This document shows, piece after piece, positions 40,660-49,448 of a stretch of 64,000 nucleotides of DNA. The DNA is from Gammaproteobacteria bacterium (lineage in GTDB: Bacteria > Pseudomonadota > Gammaproteobacteria > GCA-001735895). How positions within the stretch are numbered: the first letter of the stretch is position 1; each line of letters opens with the position of its first letter. The DNA lies in NCBI GenBank assembly GCA_050298595.1, contig JBNKUM010000085.1:128001-192000 (forward strand), written 5' to 3'. The position numbers were made by a program, and so were the translations under genes. Under the pieces are notes generated by a model that ran no database searches, was not told the origin of the DNA, and saw only the letters and a program-made list of their open reading frames with translations.

Positions 40660-41856
40660 TTAAAAATACCTAGCCAATTCCACCAACAAATAATCATCCC
40701 TCTCATAAGCCTGTAACGGATCAGCAGCATCAATATCCGTAAAAACCTGCAACTCCCCACTCAACTTCCAGCTATCCCCCAAACGCCGACTGGCTTCCAC
40801 ACGCAGGGTCTTCGACTGGTTATCCGTATCCACTATCAACCCCGCCAGAACCTCACTACTTTGAACATCATTAAAAGCAAATCGAAAGCCCGTAAATAAA
40901 TCGTTATTAAACATCCCTGCCTCAGCTGCATCCCGATCATCATAGGAATACTCCATCAAAACACCAAAGTCGGTGTCTGTGTCCATTATTCCGTATAAGG
41001 TGTATTCAAACCCTGCCGTGGTGGCATTATAGGAGCCAGAGTCCTGTTCTCGATGTATGAACTCCCATTTCCACAACCAGTCTTCGACGATGGATTGCAA
41101 ATCGATACCAAATTGCTCGATAAGCGCATAGTAAGGTATCAACACCGGCTGTCCATTGCCATCCAGACCAATTTGCATTTCAGGCTCGCGATTGGTGCCA
41201 CTAAAATAGGAAAGACCTAACTCAGTATCACCAAATGCCTGCGTATACCGTAGCGCATAGTCAACATGGTTCTCCTTATCTGACGATTCAAAGCTTGCCT
41301 GACTATCATCAACCGGTAACGGAAATCTCAAACGTCCTTCTTTAGAGTGATACTCAGACTCTCGTAATCCGGGCAGGATAAAAACATGAAACACACCCCA
41401 GTCCTGAATAGTCGTGTAATGCAGCATTGGCTGGCCCAGTTTATCTTCACCATCTATACCCTCAACTTTGTCGATTGAATTGATAACATCCACCAGATGC
41501 TGTGATTCGGTAACCCCCCAGAACACGGTGTCTATTCCCACTCGCCATTCATCATTACCACTGAGGTGTAGCCATTTAAGTTCATGAATATCAGCATGTT
41601 GTCGATTATCATCTCCACCATCGGCTCGCATGAATAATTCTGCACTGAAGGCGTCGTCACCGTCGTTCCAGTCATGACTGACTTTAGGTTGAAAAGATAG
41701 CGACAAACTTTCATCCTGCTGATCCGGATACTGCCCATCCTCTGAGTAGAGCTGAAGCTCGGCAGCGATATTTCCCGAATACTCCCAGGCCGATGCTGTG
41801 CTTAACCACGCTGCCGTTAGGATGAGCGGCAGCATAGTTTTATTCGCTTTGATCAT
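40660..41856 (-). CDS. Outer-membrane beta-barrel partner of the RND/LolA-like operon
   Basis: Signal peptide, VFWGVTES, C-terminal ARYF. Confidence 0.75.
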   Translation of the reverse strand: MIKANKTMLPLILTAAWLSTASAWEYSGNIAAELQLYSEDGQYPDQQDESLSLSFQPKVSHDWNDGDDAFSAELFMRADGGDDNRQHADIHELKWLHLSGNDEWRVGIDTVFWGVTESQHLVDVINSIDKVEGIDGEDKLGQPMLHYTTIQDWGVFHVFILPGLRESEYHSKEGRLRFPLPVDDSQASFESSDKENHVDYALRYTQAFGDTELGLSYFSGTNREPEMQIGLDGNGQPVLIPYYALIEQFGIDLQSIVEDWLWKWEFIHREQDSGSYNATTAGFEYTLYGIMDTDTDFGVLMEYSYDDRDAAEAGMFNNDLFTGFRFAFNDVQSSEVLAGLIVDTDNQSKTLRVEASRRLGDSWKLSGELQVFTDIDAADPLQAYERDDYLLVELARYF

Positions 41857-42632
41857 CTTGCTCTTTTTAAGGTTTGTGAATTAAAGTCACCATCTTGCAG
41901 TCCTGTCCTGAATTTATAATTACTCCATTCCAGCTCAGTAGATTTGCCATTTTGATGATTCACCATCTGCATTTTTCCCGCACGCCAGTAGTGATCCAGA
42001 TACTGTTTGTAATCACTCGACTTTAGCGTTTTTAGTGGTTCATCCTTACGATCAAAGAAATCAATCTGAACCATTCTATAGGCCTCCTTATCGAGCCATA
42101 CGACCTGCCGCTTGTAGCCAGAATATTCATAGGCAGGAAAACGTTCGATGACATAGCATTGATATTCACCACAAGCTTCATCGCGCAGGTATTTGTAGCT
42201 GTATTTCTCGACTTCCTGTGAGCTGAGATCTTCGAATGCAAACTCACTGCCCATAAACGGGCCAGATTTGTTTCTTGAGCTGATGCGTTTTACTCGCTTT
42301 ATCGCAGGCAGATACAGCCATTGGTCATCGGGCTTTAAGCCGTGTGAAAAAGTCAGCATGGCGGTTCCTTTCACATCTGCAGGCTCATCAAAAATTGACA
42401 TACTTTTATCACCGTCACCTTCTACTTCTAGTGATCGAATTCTGATTTTTCTGGTGGAGGTGTCGCCCATTTTATTTTTCAACGTCATCTTCATATCAGC
42501 AATAAAGTCAACAAAGCCTTTATCGTAAGCCTTGGCATCCTTTGCAATCTGCAAGCCTTTTTCTTCTGCAGTTTGAGCATTTGCCAGAAGCGGCAGACAC
42601 AATACCGCTGCCATTAAAATCTTTTTAAACAT
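41853..42632 (-). CDS. Outer-membrane lipoprotein-sorting (LolA-like) protein
   Basis: FDEPADVKGTA, DDQWLYLPAIKRVKRI, FMGSEFAFED. Confidence 0.88.
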   Translation of the reverse strand: MFKKILMAAVLCLPLLANAQTAEEKGLQIAKDAKAYDKGFVDFIADMKMTLKNKMGDTSTRKIRIRSLEVEGDGDKSMSIFDEPADVKGTAMLTFSHGLKPDDQWLYLPAIKRVKRISSRNKSGPFMGSEFAFEDLSSQEVEKYSYKYLRDEACGEYQCYVIERFPAYEYSGYKRQVVWLDKEAYRMVQIDFFDRKDEPLKTLKSSDYKQYLDHYWRAGKMQMVNHQNGKSTELEWSNYKFRTGLQDGDFNSQTLKRAR

Positions 42633-44922
42633 GTTTAATCTCCTTCTTATCCAGCGCCATCAATAATGGCGGTAACAGTAAAAAATCAGCTAACAAAGCA
42701 AATACAATGGTAGCAGCAGTCATCAACCCCATATCTGCATTCAGCGTAAAGGCAGATTTAGTCAGCACCAGAAATCCAAAGGCCAGTATCACCGAGGTGG
42801 CTACCAATGCCAGTCCAACCGTTCTAAAAGCGTAACGTGTTGCATCCTGCGGGCTAAGGCCTTTCTCACGCCGGGCACGCAGGTATTTACTTAGAAAGTG
42901 CACAGTATCATCAACCACAATACCTAGTGTCATCCCGGTAACTACCGATAAAGCGAGACCTACCTGACCCACTGCTAATCCCCATACTCCAAACGCCATG
43001 GCTGCTGGAATCAGGTTAGGTACCAGGCTGATCAGGCCAAGACGGAACGAACGTAAGGCTACAATCAAAATCAATGAAATCAGTACCAGTGCCACGGTAG
43101 TCCCCATCAACATGGCTCTAATATTTCTGTAACCGATATGACTAAACATCACTGCCGGGCTGGCACCAGCACTCCGCATTGACTCTGGTACATTATCTTT
43201 GAGCCATTGCTGTGCGCGCTCCTCAAGCGATAGTAGAGCAGTCGTCGATGTGTTATATAACATCACTGTCATTCTGGTTGCCGATTTATCCACATTGATC
43301 TGGTTATTCAGATCAAGGCCATAGGGCAGGGACATCTCATACAGCAGCAAGTACTGTGCCGCCAGATCTCGTTGATCAGGTATTTTATACCAGCTTTCAT
43401 CATCACCATGCATATTACGGTTGAGGCGCTTGAAGATATCGGTCAACACATTGACATGAATAACTTCTGGCTGGGCACGAAACCAGTTGGCAAACTTCTC
43501 CAGGTTGGCCAGAAACTCTGGATCACTCACCCCTCCATTCTCACCAGATTCTAACGCATAATCGATCAGGTAAAGGCCACTCAGGTTTTCCGAGGCAAAA
43601 TCTGCATCACGCCTGAATTCAATCTGAGTGCTAAAGTATTTGGTGAATTCATCGTTTAAATCATTCCTCGGGACAAAGCTAATCAGACCCACCGTCAACA
43701 GCCCCATTAAGATCAACAGACCTTTGCGTCTTGCAATAACAAACTCCGCCATATTGATCATTAATTTGCTGGAGCGGGTTTCAACTATATGCTCCTTAAC
43801 AGGTAGAATCATCATCAACGAGGGTAGAAAAGTAATGCTCAACGCCCAGGCGATAACCACGCCCATAGCCACGATATTACCCAGATCACGAAACGGCGGC
43901 GCATCGGAAAAATTCAGACTCAGAAAACCAATACAGGTGGTAACGGTAGTTAAAAATACCGGTTGCATATTGATGCGCAAGCTATCTACCATTGCTTCCT
44001 GTTTGCTTTCTCCCTGATGCATGGCGATCAGAAAGTTCATCAGTATGTGCACCGAATGCGCTATCGACATGGTGGGAATAATCATGATGGCGGAAAACGA
44101 GGGGGGTGTTAACGCTATTCCCAGCCAGCCCGCCATACCCATCGCGCCTACGATGGAAAAGATAATGACAAAAAAGGTGGTAATGGTCCCACTGAATCCC
44201 TTCACCCAGAAGAACAGTATGATGGCAAACACCAGAAACATAAAAGGTACCAGATGAGTCATGTCATAGATGCTGGCTTCAGGAAAAGCCTGGTTCATAA
44301 CGATGATGCCAGTGAGCTTGACATCGATATCGGGAAATTTCTGCTCAAACCTGGTACGCAGATCACGCACAAATTCGACCACCTGTGGATTCTCTTTTGT
44401 TAAATCAATTCCTTTTAATTCAATGGTGATATTCACCCCAGTGACATGCCCGCTTTTTGAAACCAGTCGATTCACCAGTAGTGGCTCATGTAGCGCGATA
44501 TCCCGCACTTCCTGCAGACGTTGGTCATTCAGTTCATCGTCTGCAAATACCAGATCCTCAACGATCAGGTCATCGCCTTCGGCATAGGTGTGCTGGAAGT
44601 TAGTTATTGAATCGACACGAGTTGAAAACGGTGTTTGCCAGGCCTGCTCGGTTAACCAGGTGATGGCCTTGAGTGTTTTTTCGGTAAACACATTGCCATC
44701 CTTCGGTACCAGCACCATCATTACGTTATCGTTTTTTGAATAGGTATCCTGTAGATTTTCAAACGCCAGTAACTGGGGGTTTTCCTTACTGAAAAAGGCT
44801 CGATAATCATTGGTAAAAGTTAAAAACTGAGCGCCATAACTCATCGTTAGCACTGCCAGTACACTGAGCATGACGGCCAGCCATTTAAAACGAATAACCA
44901 TCTCTGAATATCCCTTGGCCAT
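42625..44922 (-). CDS. MMPL/RND family transporter
   Basis: Two membrane repeats with periplasmic loops, GIVVDDTVHF. Confidence 0.9.
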   Translation of the reverse strand: MAKGYSEMVIRFKWLAVMLSVLAVLTMSYGAQFLTFTNDYRAFFSKENPQLLAFENLQDTYSKNDNVMMVLVPKDGNVFTEKTLKAITWLTEQAWQTPFSTRVDSITNFQHTYAEGDDLIVEDLVFADDELNDQRLQEVRDIALHEPLLVNRLVSKSGHVTGVNITIELKGIDLTKENPQVVEFVRDLRTRFEQKFPDIDVKLTGIIVMNQAFPEASIYDMTHLVPFMFLVFAIILFFWVKGFSGTITTFFVIIFSIVGAMGMAGWLGIALTPPSFSAIMIIPTMSIAHSVHILMNFLIAMHQGESKQEAMVDSLRINMQPVFLTTVTTCIGFLSLNFSDAPPFRDLGNIVAMGVVIAWALSITFLPSLMMILPVKEHIVETRSSKLMINMAEFVIARRKGLLILMGLLTVGLISFVPRNDLNDEFTKYFSTQIEFRRDADFASENLSGLYLIDYALESGENGGVSDPEFLANLEKFANWFRAQPEVIHVNVLTDIFKRLNRNMHGDDESWYKIPDQRDLAAQYLLLYEMSLPYGLDLNNQINVDKSATRMTVMLYNTSTTALLSLEERAQQWLKDNVPESMRSAGASPAVMFSHIGYRNIRAMLMGTTVALVLISLILIVALRSFRLGLISLVPNLIPAAMAFGVWGLAVGQVGLALSVVTGMTLGIVVDDTVHFLSKYLRARREKGLSPQDATRYAFRTVGLALVATSVILAFGFLVLTKSAFTLNADMGLMTAATIVFALLADFLLLPPLLMALDKKEIKHV

Positions 44923-44927
44923 TATTA

Positions 44928-45578
44928 TTATTCCTCTTTTTTATGAATTAAATTGAGATATTGAATCAGACCAGCTCCACAACACTTTAGCTTATCAATA
45001 TCCTGTGAAATCATGCCTGCGCTCAGGCATCCCTCCATTGTTGCAACAATCATCACCGCAGCCTGCTGGGGGTTTACTTCATCAATAATCATTCCGGCTT
45101 GCTGTGCACGGGTAAATGAGCGAATAATCACGTCATACCATTGCTGATAAATACTATCCAGACGTAAACGAAACCCTTCATCGATTGGCGCCATCTCCTG
45201 CGCCAGGTTGCCAAGTGGGCAGCCTAGTTGAACATCCGCTATCGAAAAAGCATAACCCGCCTGTTCAATGAGCTCTATCAATGCCTCGATTGGATTTTCG
45301 GCATTTTCTAGCGGGCTTATAAAGCTGAGCAGGATACGCTTGGCAATCACCTCTTCTATCACTGCATAACCGAGCGCAGTCTTATTCGGAAAATGATGAT
45401 AAAGCGCACCTTTGGTGACCCCGGTACGCGCCAGAATACGATTTAAACTGGCAGCCTGAAATCCATTCACATGTATTTCCTTATACGCAGCAAACAGAAT
45501 TTTGTCTCGCGTATCAGGCTTTGCCTCATTTTCCAGCAGACGCCACCAATATATTTGTTTGTCGTCGTATTCTGTCAT
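44928..45578 (-). CDS. TetR/AcrR family regulator
   Basis: GVTKGALYHHFPNK, GCPLGN. Confidence 0.9.
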   Translation of the reverse strand: MTEYDDKQIYWWRLLENEAKPDTRDKILFAAYKEIHVNGFQAASLNRILARTGVTKGALYHHFPNKTALGYAVIEEVIAKRILLSFISPLENAENPIEALIELIEQAGYAFSIADVQLGCPLGNLAQEMAPIDEGFRLRLDSIYQQWYDVIIRSFTRAQQAGMIIDEVNPQQAAVMIVATMEGCLSAGMISQDIDKLKCCGAGLIQYLNLIHKKEE

Positions 45579-45588
45579 ATCATGTCCA

Positions 45589-45635
45589 CCATACCGACCG
45601 GTATGTTTTATAATACCGACCAGTCGGTTTGTCAA
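45589..45635. promoter_or_regulatory. Two TetR-type operator palindromes overlapping divergent promoters
   Basis: CATACC-GACC-GGTATG and ACCGAC-CA-GTCGGT; minus-strand TTGACA-N17-TATAAA; plus-strand TATAAT at 45609. Confidence 0.7.
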
Positions 45636-45686
45636 TTATTATTTATATCGATAGCCATAAAAGTTTTAAAACTTCAGGGAACATCT

Positions 45687-46115
45687 ATGATCAATCAAGA
45701 TTTATCGGTAATCTTTTCAACCCATATATCAATACGCTGGGGAGATATGGATGCCTATGGACATGTCAACAATACGCTTTATTTACGATTTATGGAGGAG
45801 GCTCGAATACAGCTGCTGTTGCAGATGGGGTATCCACTGGATAACGATGAAGAGGGGCCTGTGGTCATCAATGTTCAAAGCACCTTCCTGCGACCGGTAA
45901 TCTATCCCGATACCCTGAACATAGACTGCTACGCCGCCGCCCCCGGCAACTCAAGCTTTATGACCTATTACAAATTATACAGCCAGCAACAGGATTGCCT
46001 GGTGTGTGAAGGCTCAGCCAAAGTGGTATGGATCAACAAGCAAAGCAACCGTTCAAGCCCACTGCCCGCAAGCCTGAGAACGATGCTGGAAGAGCAGGAT
46101 ATTAGCGCTGATTAA
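45687..46115 (+). CDS. Acyl-CoA thioesterase (4HBT/YbgC-like)
   Basis: RWGDMDAYGHVNNTLY. Confidence 0.9.
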   Translation: MINQDLSVIFSTHISIRWGDMDAYGHVNNTLYLRFMEEARIQLLLQMGYPLDNDEEGPVVINVQSTFLRPVIYPDTLNIDCYAAAPGNSSFMTYYKLYSQQQDCLVCEGSAKVVWINKQSNRSSPLPASLRTMLEEQDISAD

Positions 46116-49018
46116 ACAGCCACCAGCACACGCACTGCATCCAGGCGCAGGTTGGCCTGGGCGATTTGCTGTTCTACCTGTGCCAGTTGCTGGCGGAAAA
46201 AATCCACCTCTTCATCACGCACATTGGGGTTGATAGTTTGCAGAGCAAGCAGTCGCTCAATTTCTTTATTCAGGGCCTGTTGTGCAGATTGCTGTGCCTG
46301 ATCGAGCTTTTGAGGCATAGCTTCGGTAGCCTTCATTTCGGCCTTGCTTAACAGCTTTTTGATCACATCTTCACGCGATTTAATCACCTTGATGGCTGTA
46401 TCTATATCCACATATTGCGAAGTTTGAGCAATCACATCAGGGGTCAGTTTCCGCTGATGTAGCTGATCATATTCATCGATGCATAGTCGCATCAGATTAT
46501 CTGGCAGATAGCGCTGAGCCTGCGCACCTTTGATATCGGCCACTTCGAGTCGGAAGAAGCAGTCCAGTATCAAAGTACCCGGTTTGGCTGCTGGATACTT
46601 CACGGCCAGTAAAGCGGTATTACCCAGTTCACTGCTTAGCACCATATCCATCAGGGTACGCACAAACGGGTGCTCCCAGGTGAGAAAGCGTACATCTTCA
46701 TTTGCCAGTGCCACCTGGCGAACATAGGTTACCGTCATACCATCCTCTGGTAGCCCAGGCACCTTGGCTAGCATCGTATTAGTGGGCTTAAGCACCCAGC
46801 AACCGGGGCCCTGGATTTCATAGCTAATGCCATAGCAATCATATAGCGACTCGATGTAGCGTGGTAAATCGAGCTTTAGATGGAGAGTCTCTGCCTTATC
46901 ACGCAGCTGTTCAGCTTTTGCCGGGCGACAGGAATTGTATTCCAGCAATCGATCACGTCCCTGTTGCACCTGCTGATTCAAGGTGTCGTGTAGCTGTGCA
47001 CTGCGCTGATAGAAGTCAGCATGATCCTGATCTCCCTGAGACAGGCATTGCAATAGCTCATGATGCATTTGCATGTATACGTTATGCCCTGCTGGGCAGG
47101 TTTGTTCGAAGGCGTTCAGACCCTGATGTAACCAGTTCATCATCACCTGTTGCGCAGTATTCGCCAGATAAGGCACATGAATCTGGATGGTACTCACCTG
47201 CCCGATACGATCCAGACGCCCGATACGTTGTTCCAGCAGATCCGGGTTTGCTGGTAAATCAAACATCACCATTTGATGCGCAAACTGAAAATTGCGCCCT
47301 TCGGAACCAATTTCAGAGCATATCAAGGCAGGGGCTCCGCTTTCTCTATCAGCAAACCAGGCCGCAGCTCGATCTCGTTCGATCAGGCTTAAGCCTTCGT
47401 GAAAAGCAGCCAAAGCAATTCCAGTTCGATCTTTTACTGCCTGCACCAGGCTTAATACAGTTTCTGCACTGGAGCAAATAACCAGCACTTTAAGTGAGCG
47501 ATTATCCTGTAAAAACTGACATAACCAGTCAACACGCGGATCGATACTGACCCACTTTTCGGGACTCTGACTGAGCGCACGTAACACCATCTCAGGCGAC
47601 AGTAGCCATTGGCTATTATTGGCTGCACCATCGTTCTCTACCAGCCCTTGATACAGCTCCTGATAAACCTGTGGGCAATCCAGTGCATAAGGATTTAATT
47701 CACGTCCGGGGAAACCCTGCACCACATGCCGGGTATTGCGGAATAACACGCGTCCGGTGCCGTGACGATCCAGCAAATGCTCTACCAATTGATTGCGAGC
47801 TGATTGCGCCAGCTCATCATCTCCATACTGCATGTCCTCAATTAGCAGCTGGTTATCTCCTTCTCCTACAGTTGCCTGCAATTCAGTCATCTGATCAGGG
47901 TTTAATTCGTTATTCTCCACCAGAGCCTGAACAATATCGGCAATCGGTTTGAAATTGATTTCGTCGGCAATGAAATGCTCCAGATCGACAAAGCGATCAG
48001 GGTCCAGCAAACGTAAACGTGCGAAATGACTTTCCTTACCCAACTGCTCAGGGGTGGCAGTTAATAACAGCACAGAAGGTATTTTTTTAGCCAGTTGTTC
48101 TACCAGTTGATATTCGATGCTGGGTTGTGCAGCTTCCCACACCAGATGATGCGCTTCATCCACCACCAGCATATCCCAGTCACCCTCGAGTGACTGACCG
48201 AATCGGTGGGGGTTGTTAACCAGAAATTCAAGACTGCATAACACCAGTTGTTCGCTATGGAATGGATTTTCCAGCGCATCTTCAGCATGTTCCTCATCTG
48301 TGCCATCCAGTGCTGAACAACGTTCTTCGTCGAATACGCTAAACAGCAGGTTAAAACGACGCATCATCTCCACCAGCCACTGGTGTAGCAGGCTTTCAGG
48401 CACCACGATCAACACACGGTTTGCGCGCTCGTTGAGTAATTGCTGGTGCATGATCAGACCAGCTTCGATGGTTTTGCCCAGACCTACTTCGTCTGCCAGT
48501 AGCACGCGTGGCGCAAAGCGACTGGCGACTTCATGTGCAATATACATTTGGTGATCTATCAGGCTGGTGCGGCAACCGGTCAATCCCTGCATGCTTGACT
48601 GGGTTAATAGACTGGCAATTTTTTGCGTACGCGCACGGACCTCAAACCATTTGTTTTTATCAACCTGTCCGTTTAATAGTCTCTGTAATGGATGGTTTAG
48701 TTTGAGGAAATTGCTGAGTTTACCTTCACTGAGCCGGACCTGTTGACCCGACCTGTCGACGCAATGGTAATACATGATGTCTGACTTGCTTTCGACTTCC
48801 TCAACCTTGAGTTCGCGGTTATCCTGATCAGTGATTTGATCACCGACTGCAAACAAAACACGCGACAAAGGCGCACTTTGCTTGGCATACATACGTGTTT
48901 CGCCAGTAGCCGGAAAGATGATACTCACCGTTCGAAATTCGACCTCCAGTACCAGCCCTATACCCAGATGTAACTCACCGGCGCTAACCCAGCGCTGTCC
49001 TACCGCAAACTGTTGCAT
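46112..49018 (-). CDS. rapA: RNA polymerase-associated protein RapA
   Basis: GQRWVS, LLADEVGLGKT, DEAHH, SEIGSEGRNFQ, QRIGRLDRIGQ. Confidence 0.96.
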   Translation of the reverse strand: MQQFAVGQRWVSAGELHLGIGLVLEVEFRTVSIIFPATGETRMYAKQSAPLSRVLFAVGDQITDQDNRELKVEEVESKSDIMYYHCVDRSGQQVRLSEGKLSNFLKLNHPLQRLLNGQVDKNKWFEVRARTQKIASLLTQSSMQGLTGCRTSLIDHQMYIAHEVASRFAPRVLLADEVGLGKTIEAGLIMHQQLLNERANRVLIVVPESLLHQWLVEMMRRFNLLFSVFDEERCSALDGTDEEHAEDALENPFHSEQLVLCSLEFLVNNPHRFGQSLEGDWDMLVVDEAHHLVWEAAQPSIEYQLVEQLAKKIPSVLLLTATPEQLGKESHFARLRLLDPDRFVDLEHFIADEINFKPIADIVQALVENNELNPDQMTELQATVGEGDNQLLIEDMQYGDDELAQSARNQLVEHLLDRHGTGRVLFRNTRHVVQGFPGRELNPYALDCPQVYQELYQGLVENDGAANNSQWLLSPEMVLRALSQSPEKWVSIDPRVDWLCQFLQDNRSLKVLVICSSAETVLSLVQAVKDRTGIALAAFHEGLSLIERDRAAAWFADRESGAPALICSEIGSEGRNFQFAHQMVMFDLPANPDLLEQRIGRLDRIGQVSTIQIHVPYLANTAQQVMMNWLHQGLNAFEQTCPAGHNVYMQMHHELLQCLSQGDQDHADFYQRSAQLHDTLNQQVQQGRDRLLEYNSCRPAKAEQLRDKAETLHLKLDLPRYIESLYDCYGISYEIQGPGCWVLKPTNTMLAKVPGLPEDGMTVTYVRQVALANEDVRFLTWEHPFVRTLMDMVLSSELGNTALLAVKYPAAKPGTLILDCFFRLEVADIKGAQAQRYLPDNLMRLCIDEYDQLHQRKLTPDVIAQTSQYVDIDTAIKVIKSREDVIKKLLSKAEMKATEAMPQKLDQAQQSAQQALNKEIERLLALQTINPNVRDEEVDFFRQQLAQVEQQIAQANLRLDAVRVLVAV

Positions 49019-49448
49019 TGTTAATCAAATCAATAGAAAGGACGGGCATTATACAGAGACCACAAAAGATGAAAACCTCGCTCTATCGGAAGTCACAAAA
49101 TTTAACAAAGGTAAAGCTTTAACTAAGCACTTCAACGCATTGAAGATAAATGATTTTTAAGTTAGTCTTTAATCCAGAAAAGGTGCTAACAATTATCTGC
49201 ACAAATTAAAGGGGCGCAATGGCATCTTTAACATCGGTATTGATAATCTTTACTCATTTACCTGTCTCCAAATCTCGTCCATTCTGTACAGATGAAACAA
49301 ACCATCCTTCTAACCCGCTTTAATAGAAAAATCCGGGCTGCTTGAATCAATTAAAAACGCCCCCTTTACAGAGATGCTGTAGCTGTTTCTGAGGTAAAAT
49401 GACTACTATTCAAGCCACGATTAACCAATAATATGCACCGGGCTGTGC

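Noticed and set aside
49180-49260. c-di-GMP-I riboswitch upstream of the GGDEF-EAL gene
   Set aside because: Only loose GCTAAC/GCGCAA resemblance; required stems and GNRA loop not found
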